From Blepharisma stoltei ATCC 30299 (taxonomy: Eukaryota; Protista; Ciliophora), in NCBI GenBank assembly GCA_965603825.1, contig CBFDEM010000025.1:186001-250000 (forward strand): a stretch of DNA of 64,000 bases. The letters are read 5' to 3'. The translations under genes were made by a program, and so were the position numbers. The notes beneath the pieces were generated by a model that did no database searches, was not told the DNA's origin, and worked only from the letters and a program-made list of their open reading frames with translations. This document shows, piece by piece, positions 10,940 to 22,857 of the stretch. How positions within the stretch are numbered: the first letter of the stretch is position 1; the number at the start of each line of letters is the position of its first letter.

Positions 10940-13900
10940 ATGGAAGCTTTGCAAGCCTTAAATAATTCCTTAGAGCTTCAATGGACTCCAGAAGGCCTTT
11001 CACACGCATGTGAAGCTATTATTGCCTACCTATCCTCTCCACACCACACAAAGAAAATTCTTCATTTAATTTGGACTATCGCTAAAAAAATTTCCCAAAA
11101 AATAAAAGATCAAGACCCTCTTCAATACCAATCTCTCTTTGAAAAAGCTTCAGGCTCTTATCTTTTCCAGCTAAAACTCTACAAACTTCTTCAGCTGCCT
11201 GCAAATATCCAGATTTTATCTTCTTTAGTCCGTAAATCAATTGAATCGAAATTATTCAAGGAATCAAAAATCCCGAAATTTGACTTTTCTCAGCAAAATA
11301 TAAATCCATTAGAATTAGGAGAAAACGCCCCTGCAGCTATTTTCCTGCTTAACTCAGCACCAGTTTCTCAGTTGGTGCAGAATTTTATCAGCACTTATCT
11401 TAACGATAAAGCAATTAAGCCAAATTTGCGTGAATTTATGATCCTTTATAAGCCTATGCTGGCCCAGATAACGACTCAGCAGTTTGGGGATGAGCTATTA
11501 GGCCTGGTAAAAAGAATTATTATTAGAGCTGTAGCATTGCTTCCTGAAGTGACCATGATGATTTCTTATTTATCCTGCGACATGTCGCCATTCATCTGGG
11601 AAATTTTCAGTCCTAATTTATTAGAATATCTCTACAACGAAAAATATTTTAACGAAGCTTTAGCACTCTTTAAAGTTTTAGCTAAAAAAAGCTCAGATTT
11701 AACTGAATTTCAAGGCAAATTAGTAATGCTTCGAGATCTGAATGAGTCTCAAGTGTTTTCTCTGCTTTCCACATTATCCCATATCCCAATAGCACAACTT
11801 CCAAATCCAGAGCCTTTGGTAAACTACACAATTGCAATGGGAAACAGAGTGAAAAAAGAAGCCTTCAAAAAATCTGTGGCTGATTGTGTAGCAAACTTAA
11901 ACCCACAGCCAACTCCTCAGCTGATCCAATATTTGCAAAGCAATATCCAAAATGCAGCTTTTGCGAATTTATTGAGTGTTTATATTAGGAAATATGATCT
12001 AAAAATTGAGGTGAATTACCCTAATGTGTCTTCATCATTATTACTGGCAATGGCTCTTTCTATCAAAATCCCTCAGCCTTGTCCAGTTCCAGTGCAGAAT
12101 TTTTTAAATGATAAAGGCTCATCGTTATATTTACTGCAAAATTTATCAGCTGATGAATCCTTGGCTATAGCAAGGGCAATAAGAAATGGGCTAGAAATTT
12201 TCCCTGAAAGCGAAACATTATGCAACAAGTTTGCAGCTTTTACTTTAAGCAAGCATGGAGCTGTAAGGAAATTCTGCCACGAAAACTGGCCAAGGTCTCC
12301 AGTTGCTTTTCTCTGTCATGGATTTATGGGCTGCGCTAATGATGAAATTTTAGTCGACAATTATTCAAACAGTTTTAAGCCTATTATTACTAAGCTTATT
12401 ACTTCAATAAAAACAAGCGAAGACGCATATGCAATTGCAGAGCTGCTAAGTGCGGATGGACTTTATTCAATAAAAAGGACTAGTTTTGTGGTCTCTAAAT
12501 ATCATTCTGCATTCAATGCTTTTGACCCAGCACGCGTCTTTAGCTGTAAAAGAATTGCAGGGCTTGCCTTGACTGTTGGGAATTTCCAAGAAATGTTTGA
12601 CTATGGGCTTGCTAAAATTCAATACGAAAAATTCAAAATCCATAGAGAAAAAAGAGAATTCGTAGAAGGCAGCTATGATAACCCTCATTTTAATGAAGTC
12701 CCAAAGCTTCTTCAAATATGTGAAGAAATGCTGAATAAAGCAGGCATCAAAGGAGACCCAAGGAACAGCCAACTTGTAGAAAAAGCATTCGGTGTTGTCT
12801 GGAACCAAATGGCTGCAGAAGTTGGAGCTATTCTTAACGGCTTTTCAGTCGGAATCAAATTGAGAGCTAAATTGACACCAGTCCCAGAGTTTTTTGATCG
12901 TCTCTACAGACAAGTGCTTCCAGTTGTATATGAATTATATCAAATCAATGACGTAAGTGGGCCAATTTGGCATTTTGTTGATACTTTGTTGTCTAACTCT
13001 AAAAGCTTCAGCCGAGTTGCGTCACAATTTACTACAGCATTTTTAAGAAGTTCTTTAAATATTACCAGTGATAAAGCCCTGAATAAAATTTTCAGCTTTG
13101 TTGATTCAAATATTTCAATATCAAAGCTTGACTTAAATGAAGCTTATTTATTAGAAAAAATTGTTATCTATGTGCTGAGGCAGTTAGGAACTAGCTTAAG
13201 GTCTTCAGCTTTGAGCATGATGATTGAATTTTTATATGCGAAAAACTTTTTCTCACTAGAAGACTCAATCCAGCAGATCTGCCACGTTTTGCAAACTTAT
13301 AGCAGCCCACTCATAAACTCTATTTTCCCTCCGCTTATCCCTCTCTTAAAGCCTCACCACTGGGAGCCTCTTTTTGACATTCTTTTACTCCTTGAGCCTC
13401 TTACAAAGCAAGTGCTTCTTGACTATTTATTACAATATGAAGATACAATTCCAAATGAAAAATGGTCAGTTTCCACAATTTATTTATCCCTTTTTGACGA
13501 AGTTGATACCGTTTCCAGCTGTTCTCAAGAGATTTGGGAGAAATTTAACTTTAAACTGACATTGGACATATTCTTAGACAATATTTTGGTATGTATTTTT
13601 CATGACAATGTAGATATTCAAACAATGGCAGCTAAAGGGACAGCAAAGGCTATGGAAAGCAACGAAGACTGGAAAGCTCCAGCCATGCACAGAGCATTTG
13701 TGGAGTTTGATAGGAGAAATGACAATAGAGAAGGAATTATCAAGCTGCTTAATCAATGTGTAGAAATTTTGCCTAAAGCGCTGGTAATTGAAACAGTCGA
13801 GTTTATACTTGATAAAGGGATGGAAGACCCTACAGACCACTTCAGAAGTGGCCTGCTTGAGACTGGAATTTTGTATTTGAATACACGTGGAGAAGCTTAT

Positions 13901-16900
13901 GTTAACGAAATTTTCACATTGCTTCAGCTGAGAATTGACTCGCCTCATGAAAGCACAAGACATTCAGCAGTTGTGATGCTAGGATTTCTCGCTAAGTTCT
14001 TTGGTCCTGAAGATTTCAGAATAGAAAGCACAATTGAGTTGCTGCTTAAATCTTTGGACATTCCTTCAGATATGCTGGCAAGCACTGTTTCTAAATGTCT
14101 GCCAAGACTTGCATCGTATAGGCCTCACCTATTAGAGGGATTAATTGATAGAGAAGTCAAAAAAATTTTCGATAAAAAACCTATTAAGCAAAAAAGAGGT
14201 GCGGGGTATGGTCTGGCTTCTCTTATTAAAGGAGGTGGAATAAAGACCCTTATAAGCTACCACATTTTAGACATTTTTGAAAACATCATAAACAACAAAA
14301 AAGCGCCTACACTCGACAAAGGAGCTATTCTTATTGCAATTGAAGGGCTTTGTTCAGTCCTTGGGAGATCATTTGAGCCTTATTTCGGAGAAGTACTGCC
14401 GTTCATTTTAGACTGTTTTTCTGATAAAGAGCTGCAAGAACAAGCTAACAATGCTGCCAGAGTGCTTATGTCGAAGCTTTCAGCTAATGGGATGAAGAAA
14501 ATTCTGCCATTGCTAACTCGTGGATTAGAAGAAACCAAATGGAAAAGTAAAGTCGGAGCTATCGAAGCTTTAGGAAAATTAGCATTCTGCTCATGGAGAC
14601 AGCTTGCTTTATGTCTACCAGACGTAGTCCCACAAGTGGTAAAAGCTTTTTCAGACACCAACCCAAATGTACTTGATGCTGCCAAAACTGCTATTACTGA
14701 TATTGGCTCAGTAATTACCAATCCTGAAATATTCCAAATTGTTCCGATCTTAACCAAAGCTCTTGGCGACATTTCAGCTTTGAGCGAAGTCTATAAAGTA
14801 CTGATTGACACAGCATTTCACCATTATATGGACGCTCCATCTCTCAGTTTATTAATACCATTAATAGAAACAGGCTTAAAATCCAGAAGTATAGAGCTTA
14901 AAAAACAAGCTTGTCAAATAGTAGGAGGAATCACAAAGCTCATATCAGACCCTATGGAAATTTTCCCATACCTGGAACGTATCGTGACTTCTCTGAAATA
15001 TTCTTTATTTGATGCTTTGCCTGAGGTTAGAAATATTGCTGCTCAAAACTTAGGAGCTTTATGCAATGGGATTGGAAATGAGCTTGCCCAGCCTATAGTT
15101 GACTGGCTTCAAGACATCATGCAAAACAACAATCCTAATGTAGAAAGATCTGGAGCAGTCCATGCTTATAGTGAAATTATTTTATATAATGACCATTGGG
15201 AGCAGCTTCTGCCTGACCTGTTGAAAAAATGCAATGACGATTCTCCAATAATTAGAGAAAGCTATCTTGGGGTCTTTATTTTTATCCCACCAAACACACA
15301 AGGAAAATTTGAAAGATACCTCAACAAAGCCCTCCCTATATTTTTAAAGAATTTAAGCCACGAAAATGAAGACGTCAGAAAAATCGCTGTCAGAGTTGTG
15401 CAGTTGCTTATACAAGACTATGGCAGGACTAATATGGAAAGCTTTTTCGTTCCTTTAGAAGAAGGGCTTTTCCAGCAGAACTGGAGGACCAGACAAAGCT
15501 GCATCACACTTATGGGAGAAATGCTAGATAAAATGGAAGCTTTAGGCAGAAGAGAAGGAAAACAGCTGATAAACCACGAAATAAAGAACAGGATACTTGC
15601 ATCTGTTTATATTTTGAGATCTGACCACTCGGGGACAATTCATGTTAATGCTGTTTCTATCTGGAAATCACTTGTGGAAAACACGCCTAAGTTTTTGCTT
15701 GCCTTGACACCTGAACTGGTTTTGAGAGTAGTACAAATTTGTGATAAAGATGTGTCAGAACCACGAGAAATAGCTGGGACTTCAGTGCAAGGACTGATTT
15801 CTAAATATCAAGGGAAGCTCTTTTCAAGCTATTTAAGACACTTTGAAATGTACTTTGACAAATATCCCAAAGGTGTTGCTTTTGCGTTAAGAATTGTATG
15901 TGAATCTGCAACTAGAAACCTATTGATTACTTATAGTGACAATATTATTCAAATCTTAGAGCATTTATTGCACTCTAATGATAAAGATTTCTTAGAAAAT
16001 GCAGGTGGGATCTTCCATGACTTATACAATAAAACAACTATTGATAATAAAGATCCAGGCGCCCTATCTCTGCTTGACAAAGTAGTCGTTTATCCAGCTG
16101 CTTGTAGAGAACTTTTGAAATTCAAAAATGATGGGATTACCAAAGCACTTCTTCCTAAAATTATGAGCTCGGAGCACAGATCAAAAACTCTTCCTGAGGT
16201 CGCAGATCTAATAGCTGATGACTTATTTAATATCAGAGAACTAAACGACATTTTTACACAAATTATCAATGGAGGTGATTCTCTTCTAAACGCTACCAAA
16301 ATCATAATAGCTTCCCTTAGTGACCATTCTAATCTAGAATCTGCTTTAAATAAGCTGGAATACCCAGTCCAAAGTGTCCTTCACATAGTGGACTATTTCT
16401 GCTCACACACCAAGCTGAATTTCACTGGATACGTTGACAAGCTGTTAACACTGATTCTTCCAGCTCTCCTTGTAAATGAGCCAGAAACCATAGCATTTTT
16501 GCCAGAAGTTTTGAAGAAAACCATAGCCTCTATACCTAAAGAAGAGCTCTGTTTCTATTTCCCTATCTTTAAATCACACCTCAGCAATGCTCGTAGGATT
16601 CAGTTATTCAATGAGCCTAAAGGCCTTGACCCATTTTTACCTATTCTACAAAGCGCAATTATGTATGGAAGCCCAGAAATCAAAGAAATGGCCTCAAGAG
16701 GATACTGTGATATTATACAGCTGACTGATGAAGCTCCTTTACTTCCTTATGCTGTCAATATAGCTGGACCTTTAATCAGAGTTTTAAGTGAAAGAGTCCC
16801 AGGTGATGTAAAAGTTGGGATTTTAGACGCCCTTTATTTTTTGCTAGAAAAAAGCCCAGCCAAGCTGAAAACCTTTGTGACACAGCTACAAAGCGTGTTT

Positions 16901-17692
16901 GTGAAATCTATGAGTCATACTGAGAAAAACGTCAGAGATGCAGGACATAGGAATTTGATTGAACTTTTGAAGCTGAAACCAAGAGTGGACTTATTGGTAA
17001 GTGACCTCTGCGGACTGGATGGACCTGAAGAAATTGTGGTACAAGGACTGCAGACTCTTCAAGAAGTGGCTAGAAGAACTGAAATCCCAAGCCAATCTAA
17101 AACAAGTGCAGCCAATAAAATGATGAACGATTTGAAAGAAAACACAGCCAGAAGCGTCACTTATGAGGCTGGAAAACTACTTGGACTGATTGCGCCACAT
17201 CCTCCTACTATTTTAGAAAGTCTTCCTATTAATGAAGCAGGCCTTCATATTGCTGAAACAATGCTAAGTGAGCTTCCAGAAGAGAATTTATATCAGGCAG
17301 AAGGATATTTTGATGAGCTTATCAATTCAAATTATACAGAAGCTCTTGGACTCTTAACAAATCTCTCAAAAGTTCATCCAAAAGCTACATTTATGATCAG
17401 TATGAGACATTTTGACCTCTTTGCAAATAACTTAGCCCCAGCTTTGCCTTTACTAATATCATTACCAAGTGAGGAGTTTTCTGCAAATATCGATGCCCTC
17501 AGCGAGCTGCTCCCTGCAATTGCGAAAGCTTGCAAAGCAGGTGGCGACCCTAACCTAGACCAAGCTGTCATTAACATTTTTTCAATCAACAAAAAGAAAA
17601 TCGATAACGTCCTAAAAGCTTTACATTTGCTAGATCAAGGTGCTGACCAAGTGTTTTTCAGACAGTACGCAGAAAGACTTATCCAAGGCTAA
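10940..17692 (+). CDS. GCN1: GCN1 translational activator (HEAT repeats), 2250 aa
   Basis: KRGAGYGLASLIKGGGI, LGRSFEPY, TKWKSKVGAIEALG, DAPSLSLLIP, VERSGA, NWRTRQSCITLMG, WKSLVENTPK, IAGPLIRV, LKTFVTQLQ. Confidence 0.93.
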   Translation: MEALQALNNSLELQWTPEGLSHACEAIIAYLSSPHHTKKILHLIWTIAKKISQKIKDQDPLQYQSLFEKASGSYLFQLKLYKLLQLPANIQILSSLVRKSIESKLFKESKIPKFDFSQQNINPLELGENAPAAIFLLNSAPVSQLVQNFISTYLNDKAIKPNLREFMILYKPMLAQITTQQFGDELLGLVKRIIIRAVALLPEVTMMISYLSCDMSPFIWEIFSPNLLEYLYNEKYFNEALALFKVLAKKSSDLTEFQGKLVMLRDLNESQVFSLLSTLSHIPIAQLPNPEPLVNYTIAMGNRVKKEAFKKSVADCVANLNPQPTPQLIQYLQSNIQNAAFANLLSVYIRKYDLKIEVNYPNVSSSLLLAMALSIKIPQPCPVPVQNFLNDKGSSLYLLQNLSADESLAIARAIRNGLEIFPESETLCNKFAAFTLSKHGAVRKFCHENWPRSPVAFLCHGFMGCANDEILVDNYSNSFKPIITKLITSIKTSEDAYAIAELLSADGLYSIKRTSFVVSKYHSAFNAFDPARVFSCKRIAGLALTVGNFQEMFDYGLAKIQYEKFKIHREKREFVEGSYDNPHFNEVPKLLQICEEMLNKAGIKGDPRNSQLVEKAFGVVWNQMAAEVGAILNGFSVGIKLRAKLTPVPEFFDRLYRQVLPVVYELYQINDVSGPIWHFVDTLLSNSKSFSRVASQFTTAFLRSSLNITSDKALNKIFSFVDSNISISKLDLNEAYLLEKIVIYVLRQLGTSLRSSALSMMIEFLYAKNFFSLEDSIQQICHVLQTYSSPLINSIFPPLIPLLKPHHWEPLFDILLLLEPLTKQVLLDYLLQYEDTIPNEKWSVSTIYLSLFDEVDTVSSCSQEIWEKFNFKLTLDIFLDNILVCIFHDNVDIQTMAAKGTAKAMESNEDWKAPAMHRAFVEFDRRNDNREGIIKLLNQCVEILPKALVIETVEFILDKGMEDPTDHFRSGLLETGILYLNTRGEAYVNEIFTLLQLRIDSPHESTRHSAVVMLGFLAKFFGPEDFRIESTIELLLKSLDIPSDMLASTVSKCLPRLASYRPHLLEGLIDREVKKIFDKKPIKQKRGAGYGLASLIKGGGIKTLISYHILDIFENIINNKKAPTLDKGAILIAIEGLCSVLGRSFEPYFGEVLPFILDCFSDKELQEQANNAARVLMSKLSANGMKKILPLLTRGLEETKWKSKVGAIEALGKLAFCSWRQLALCLPDVVPQVVKAFSDTNPNVLDAAKTAITDIGSVITNPEIFQIVPILTKALGDISALSEVYKVLIDTAFHHYMDAPSLSLLIPLIETGLKSRSIELKKQACQIVGGITKLISDPMEIFPYLERIVTSLKYSLFDALPEVRNIAAQNLGALCNGIGNELAQPIVDWLQDIMQNNNPNVERSGAVHAYSEIILYNDHWEQLLPDLLKKCNDDSPIIRESYLGVFIFIPPNTQGKFERYLNKALPIFLKNLSHENEDVRKIAVRVVQLLIQDYGRTNMESFFVPLEEGLFQQNWRTRQSCITLMGEMLDKMEALGRREGKQLINHEIKNRILASVYILRSDHSGTIHVNAVSIWKSLVENTPKFLLALTPELVLRVVQICDKDVSEPREIAGTSVQGLISKYQGKLFSSYLRHFEMYFDKYPKGVAFALRIVCESATRNLLITYSDNIIQILEHLLHSNDKDFLENAGGIFHDLYNKTTIDNKDPGALSLLDKVVVYPAACRELLKFKNDGITKALLPKIMSSEHRSKTLPEVADLIADDLFNIRELNDIFTQIINGGDSLLNATKIIIASLSDHSNLESALNKLEYPVQSVLHIVDYFCSHTKLNFTGYVDKLLTLILPALLVNEPETIAFLPEVLKKTIASIPKEELCFYFPIFKSHLSNARRIQLFNEPKGLDPFLPILQSAIMYGSPEIKEMASRGYCDIIQLTDEAPLLPYAVNIAGPLIRVLSERVPGDVKVGILDALYFLLEKSPAKLKTFVTQLQSVFVKSMSHTEKNVRDAGHRNLIELLKLKPRVDLLVSDLCGLDGPEEIVVQGLQTLQEVARRTEIPSQSKTSAANKMMNDLKENTARSVTYEAGKLLGLIAPHPPTILESLPINEAGLHIAETMLSELPEENLYQAEGYFDELINSNYTEALGLLTNLSKVHPKATFMISMRHFDLFANNLAPALPLLISLPSEEFSANIDALSELLPAIAKACKAGGDPNLDQAVINIFSINKKKIDNVLKALHLLDQGADQVFFRQYAERLIQG

Positions 17693-17730
17693 TTAAGATT
17701 TAAAATTACTCATTAATTACAGTTACAAAC

Positions 17731-19068
17731 CTAGTAAATAATTTCATCTTCTTTTCTTTGTTCATCTCTTTTCTTTATGTATTCAGCTTCATTGATTTTT
17801 CTGGTCAATTCTTTGATTTCTTCGTTATTTTCTTCAATTTTGTTGAGTGTTTCTTCAAGTTTGTTCCTTAAAGAAATTTCAGCTTCTTTATTGTCGTTAA
17901 GTTTCTGCATCAAGCTGCTTATTTCTTCAGATCTTGCAGTTTTGGCTTGTTCAAGGTAGGCTTGGAATTCTTTTAACTCATATTCCATTTCTCTGATTTT
18001 GTTGGATTTGAGGTGGTTAAGCATCTCAAGGTGGCTGACAACTTTTAAGTTATCTGACAAAGATTCCAATAAAAGTGACTCTTTTTCTTGAAGACTTGTG
18101 ACTTCGTTCTGGATAACTTCTTCGTTACCAATGAATTCGTCAACCTCAGTATCAGATGCAGTTTTAGACTGCAGTCTGAATTCTTCAAATTTGGACTCAG
18201 CGTCCTTTAAAGTCTCTGATTTAATTTCAAGCTCTTTTTGAAGCGAGTCAATATTATTGCTCATTGTCAAAATATTTGCTTGTAAACTTGCATTGTCTGC
18301 TGTCAGCTCTTCTATTTTTAAGGACTGATCACCAATTGTGCTTTCCAAAGCCAAAATAGAAGTGGCTGCTGAGTTTTGGATATCTTCATATGTAGGCTTA
18401 GCGTCTTCTGAAGCATTATCTTGCTCAGTTTTATATGACTCTTTTAATGCATTAATTTGATTTTCTTGATGGTTTTTAGCTTCATCAAGCTTATCCACAA
18501 TATCGTCAATTTTTGATTTTTCCTGTGCTTCCTTATCCTTTGCACTTTCTAATGAGGCTAGGGAAAGCTCGATTTTTCCATTCAGCTCAGCATTTTCTCT
18601 TTGATAGTGTCTGATTTGTTGACCTTTAAGGAAAATTGATAAGGTAAGCTCGTTATAAACTTCTGCTTCTTTTTTCTGATTTATTAGTGATTTCGCCTCA
18701 TTTATGCAGTCTGCAAGTTTTAACAGCCAAAAATTGATTTCGTCAGTGGTGAATCCTTCTGAGGAACCTCCAAGAAGATTGATATATTCAATAAGCTCTA
18801 GCAGTCTTGAGGCAATTTCTTGCTGAATGATGAGATTTGTGTCAGTATCAGCTGAGTTTTGGTATTCTTCAGTCAGTTGGATTAATTTTTCTTTCATGTA
18901 ATTGTAGTCATCTGAAATTGTTTGGTATAAATTATAGTCAGAAAGGAGCTGGATTATCTGAGCCCTTAGATTTGTGTTTGAGACTCCTAGTTCTGTGTTT
19001 TGCTTGATAAGAATTTCATAGAGATTGGATGCGAAGCAAGCTGTGAGAAACGCTAACAATAACTTCAT
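17731..19068 (-). CDS. Acidic coiled-coil protein with signal peptide (secreted or extrusome candidate), 445 aa
   Basis: MKLLLAFLTACFA signal peptide, E/Q/K heptads, TAG stop. Confidence 0.75.
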   Translation of the reverse strand: MKLLLAFLTACFASNLYEILIKQNTELGVSNTNLRAQIIQLLSDYNLYQTISDDYNYMKEKLIQLTEEYQNSADTDTNLIIQQEIASRLLELIEYINLLGGSSEGFTTDEINFWLLKLADCINEAKSLINQKKEAEVYNELTLSIFLKGQQIRHYQRENAELNGKIELSLASLESAKDKEAQEKSKIDDIVDKLDEAKNHQENQINALKESYKTEQDNASEDAKPTYEDIQNSAATSILALESTIGDQSLKIEELTADNASLQANILTMSNNIDSLQKELEIKSETLKDAESKFEEFRLQSKTASDTEVDEFIGNEEVIQNEVTSLQEKESLLLESLSDNLKVVSHLEMLNHLKSNKIREMEYELKEFQAYLEQAKTARSEEISSLMQKLNDNKEAEISLRNKLEETLNKIEENNEEIKELTRKINEAEYIKKRDEQRKEDEIIY

Positions 19069-19372
19069 TTTAAATTTAACGACATTTTGGTATCCGGCAA
19101 ATTATCAGTTTATTGTAATAAAATTAGCTAAAATTGCTTTTTTTACTTAAAATCGTAATTTTCATCAAAAATCTTCTTAAAAAAGATCAATATATTTTTA
19201 TTATACAAATATCAGCAATTACATATATTTTATTATGCCTTATGCTATTTTTGCTAATTAATCTATATTTAGATAGCTAATTAATATTAAATATCAATTT
19301 CCTTATTAAAATTCCAAACTATGCTGGCCATTATTAACTTTCGAATGAAATACAAATTGTCATTTATATCTA

Positions 19373-20710
19373 ATGGAAACACAAGACCAAAGCGCTAACT
19401 TTTTTTATCTTCTTTACAACGCATCAAAAAGAAATCACATTCGCTTCCCAGTCCCTAAAACCCTTATTAAAGGTTTAGGTTTTAAAAAGCCAATTCTGAT
19501 TCAGAAAACTTTCCGAAACAACTCATTTAATGAACTTCGACCTGAAGAAATTGAATCAATAATTACAAAAACCTTTATAGAAAAACCAAATATTCCTTGT
19601 GCTATAGCGAAGATTAATACTAATCGAGTGATCTGTTTCACAACACAAGAAATCATTAAACTATGAAACACTCATTCAGAAAATTTAATAATACAAGAAT
19701 ATCTGGAATGCAAAGGGGGAAAACCACATGTTGTCAGGATTAGGTGGAAAACTCCAGGACATGTGACAGTTTCTTATATTTCCCATGAAGATGCGGAAGA
19801 TGAAAATCCTTTTATATTGTCAGGGACAGTTTATGAATCAGAAGTGTATATTACTATTGGTACAATTGAGCTAACTAGATATGCGGATACTCTAAAAACT
19901 ATTTTAGAGCACTCTTTATATGAAGAAAACTCAATATGTGAGCTGGTCGCTGATTTTATTCAAGAAACCACTGGGAAATGGTACTTTATTCATATATATG
20001 AGTGCAAACTCTTCAAGAGGAGCCCACTGCTATCTGTTAGATCAGCTGAAATTTTAAGGACTGAAAACTCAATTGTATCAAATATACCAAATAAAATCCT
20101 AGATGCGTTTTCCTTAAGTGGGAAAAAAACTTCGATTACTAGTCCATGCACTTCAACAAGACCACACACAAATTTTGGAGCCACCCGAGTCAAATTTAGA
20201 GAAGATCTCAAATTTTCAGGTATTCCCTATATAAAATCAGTTAAAAGGCAAAAGGAACTTGATTTAGATAAAGATATCAAAGAATTGATTGGACAGCCAA
20301 AAAATCCAGGAATTACTCATATAACCTATAGTCAATGGAATAAAAGAATGGAAAATCACAAGAGAATAACTCCTAATGATTTGCTATATGCAAGCAAAAT
20401 TGCTAACCAGGCATCATATATCAAAAGAAGATTTGACCAAAACAAAAGCAAAATTAAAGGGTTAATAGAAACCATGACAAGATTAACAGCTGAAAAGCCA
20501 CCTGAAAGCAATAGAAGTAATAGAAAGAAAGAGCCTACATTAATTATGCCTAATGATCTCACAAGCCTTAACATTATTTCAAAAGATGATCTTAGAAAAA
20601 AGGTTAAAGGGCTGACCTTTGTTGAAACCAAAGAAGAATTTGAGTTTGGAGTCAAAAAAATTGATGAAATGCTGAAACGAATGGAAAAAGTCCAGGGAGC
20701 ATTAAATTAA
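19373..20710 (+). CDS. Hypothetical 445-aa protein (possible degenerate ATP-grasp-like N-terminal half)
   Basis: Two track ORFs joined in frame through TGA 19664-19666; IIQEYL...VRIRW...ELVADFIQETTGKWYFI pattern. Confidence 0.72.
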
Positions 20711-20761
20711 TTTCTGATTTGTTATAAATACAAAATTTTATAAATCTAAATATTAACGAAT

Positions 20762-22177
20762 TTAAAATCTAACTTGGTTATTTTCAAGCATCATCTTTAC
20801 AAATTCTTGTAAATCAATAACTCCATCTCCATTCAGGTCGGCTTCTCTTATCATATCTCTCCAGAATTGATCATCGTGCTTATGGTATTTCCCCAAAATT
20901 TCCTTAAGCTCATCTGCAGTAATTGTCCCGCTTCCATCCAAATCAAAAGCTTTAAAGGCTGCCTCAAGTCTTTTTCTCGACACTAAATTTTGCCGATTTA
21001 AGCAAGCAGTCACAAACTCATTGTAGTCAATTTCTCCAGACCTGTTTATGTCAACTTCGTTCATAATTCTATTAATTTCTTCATCAATGTCTTCAAATTC
21101 AGTGGCAAAGATTAGCTCAAATCCATGTCTAAGCTCGTCTCGTGATACAGTCCCATTTTCATCTGTGTCTAAAGATTCGAATAATTTAACCATTTCCTCT
21201 CTTTCTGTCTTTGTAGCTAGCTGTGAAGCAATATAAGCAAGAGTCGCTTTTTTGAGTTTTTGTCCAGTTCTGAAGTTTTTCAGGTTTCCTAAAGCAGTCC
21301 TAGCAGCAGCCTGGTCAATGCGAAATCTTGCAGCATTTAGCAGCCATGGATGTGCAAGTGCTTCTCTAGCAGAAATTCTCCTTTCTGGGTCAAAAGTCAA
21401 CATTTTTTCAATCAAGTCTTTAGCTTCAAACGAAATTGAGTCCCACTCAGGCGATGGAAACGAATACCTCCCAGTTTTGACTTTATTAAGAATTTCATGG
21501 TCTGAATTTCCACCAAACGGAGGCATTCCTGAAAGCAAAATATACATATTAACCCCAGCACTCCACATGTCACACTTCTCATCATACCTTTGAGCCAGTA
21601 CTTCTGGAGCAATGTAATAAGGAGTCCCAAACCTCGTATGCATTTTTTCTCCTGGTGTATAAGCCTGAGCTGTCCCAAAGTCAATTACTTTTAATATTGA
21701 ATCAGGCTCTGAGCTACTCAACACCAGGTTTTCTGGCTTGATGTCTCGATGAACAACATGTCTGTCATGCAAGTATACAAGCACAGCTAACAACTGCCTC
21801 ATGTAGCTTGCTGCTAACCCTTCGCTTAGGTTCCCATCCCTGATGATTTTTTCAAATAATTCGCCACCAGAGCAGAATTCTGTAATGATGTAATAATTTT
21901 TCTCGTCCTGGTAAAACTCATATATTTTCAAAATGTTGGGGTGGTCAAGTTTAGATAAGATGCTGACTTCATTGAAAATCATTTGCCTTTCTGACTCGTT
22001 CCTGAGCTTTTTCTTGTGCACTGTTTTCACTGCTCTTTTTTCTAGGGTCTCACGATGCTTAATTCTTCGCACACTGCTAAAAGCACCTTCACCTATTTTG
22101 TTACCGATTTTATATATATCTCTTAGAAGGCCTTCGCGTTCAAAAACAAAGTCTTGCTGTGAAATTGAGAATTCCAT
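20762..22177 (-). CDS. Calcium-dependent protein kinase (CDPK), kinase plus 4 EF-hands, 471 aa
   Basis: GEGAFS, HRDIKPEN, DFG, GTPYYIAPE; EF loops DTDENGTVSRDEL, DINRSGEIDYNEF, DLDGSGTITADEL, DLNGDGVIDLQEF. Confidence 0.96.
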   Translation of the reverse strand: MEFSISQQDFVFEREGLLRDIYKIGNKIGEGAFSSVRRIKHRETLEKRAVKTVHKKKLRNESERQMIFNEVSILSKLDHPNILKIYEFYQDEKNYYIITEFCSGGELFEKIIRDGNLSEGLAASYMRQLLAVLVYLHDRHVVHRDIKPENLVLSSSEPDSILKVIDFGTAQAYTPGEKMHTRFGTPYYIAPEVLAQRYDEKCDMWSAGVNMYILLSGMPPFGGNSDHEILNKVKTGRYSFPSPEWDSISFEAKDLIEKMLTFDPERRISAREALAHPWLLNAARFRIDQAAARTALGNLKNFRTGQKLKKATLAYIASQLATKTEREEMVKLFESLDTDENGTVSRDELRHGFELIFATEFEDIDEEINRIMNEVDINRSGEIDYNEFVTACLNRQNLVSRKRLEAAFKAFDLDGSGTITADELKEILGKYHKHDDQFWRDMIREADLNGDGVIDLQEFVKMMLENNQVRF

Positions 22178-22857
22178 GACAGTTATATATAAATTATGGA
22201 TGAGAACTGTATTATCTTATATAAGGAATTTAAGTGGGCTTGCCAACAAAATTTATTTAATCAATATATGCAAGAAGGAAGTGGGACAAATCTGTATCGA
22301 GTTTTGTTGTGAACACTAACAGGTAAAATAATGTAAGGGTGCTTTGATGTAATTTTGAAGGAAAAAGAAATCTAGGTCATCCAAAATGATTTTAGACCTG
22401 TTCAATTAAATAATAAATTTTATAATTAGAGGTTTTTGCGTTTGGGTTTTAAGAATTTAGATTAATTTCATAATTTTTGTTGAAAATAATTAATGCTAGT
22501 TGGAAAGAACAAATGTGGTATAAACATGAAATTACTCAGCTTTTTCCAATAACAGTAATACATAGTTATGATATATATTCCAACGCTTATTTTAAAATTT
22601 TAAAATGATATTACTTAATGCAATATCAAGAAATAATTACTTTTCTTTGGATGTTTCCATTTAGCTTGGAATTACAGTTTCTGTCAGTTTGACATTTTTC
22701 GAGATCAATTATAAAAATTATAAACTGCGGCTAAAGCCAAAATAGTACCAATTTTAAATTTTCCAACTTTTAAGTCGCGATAAATTTGCATTTTGATCTT
22801 ATAAAATTTATTTTTAACAAAATCCTTAAAAAACCAGCTAATTTCATTTAAAAGAAT

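Noticed and set aside
12467-17592. Antisense and alternate-frame ORFs in the track (e.g. 12467..12808, 13574..13963, 14380..14772, 17374..17592; likewise 312..695, 21252..21593, 33950..34318, 52744..53121)
   Set aside because: They are shadows of well-supported genes on the other strand or frame, with S/F/L-rich mirror composition and no motifs
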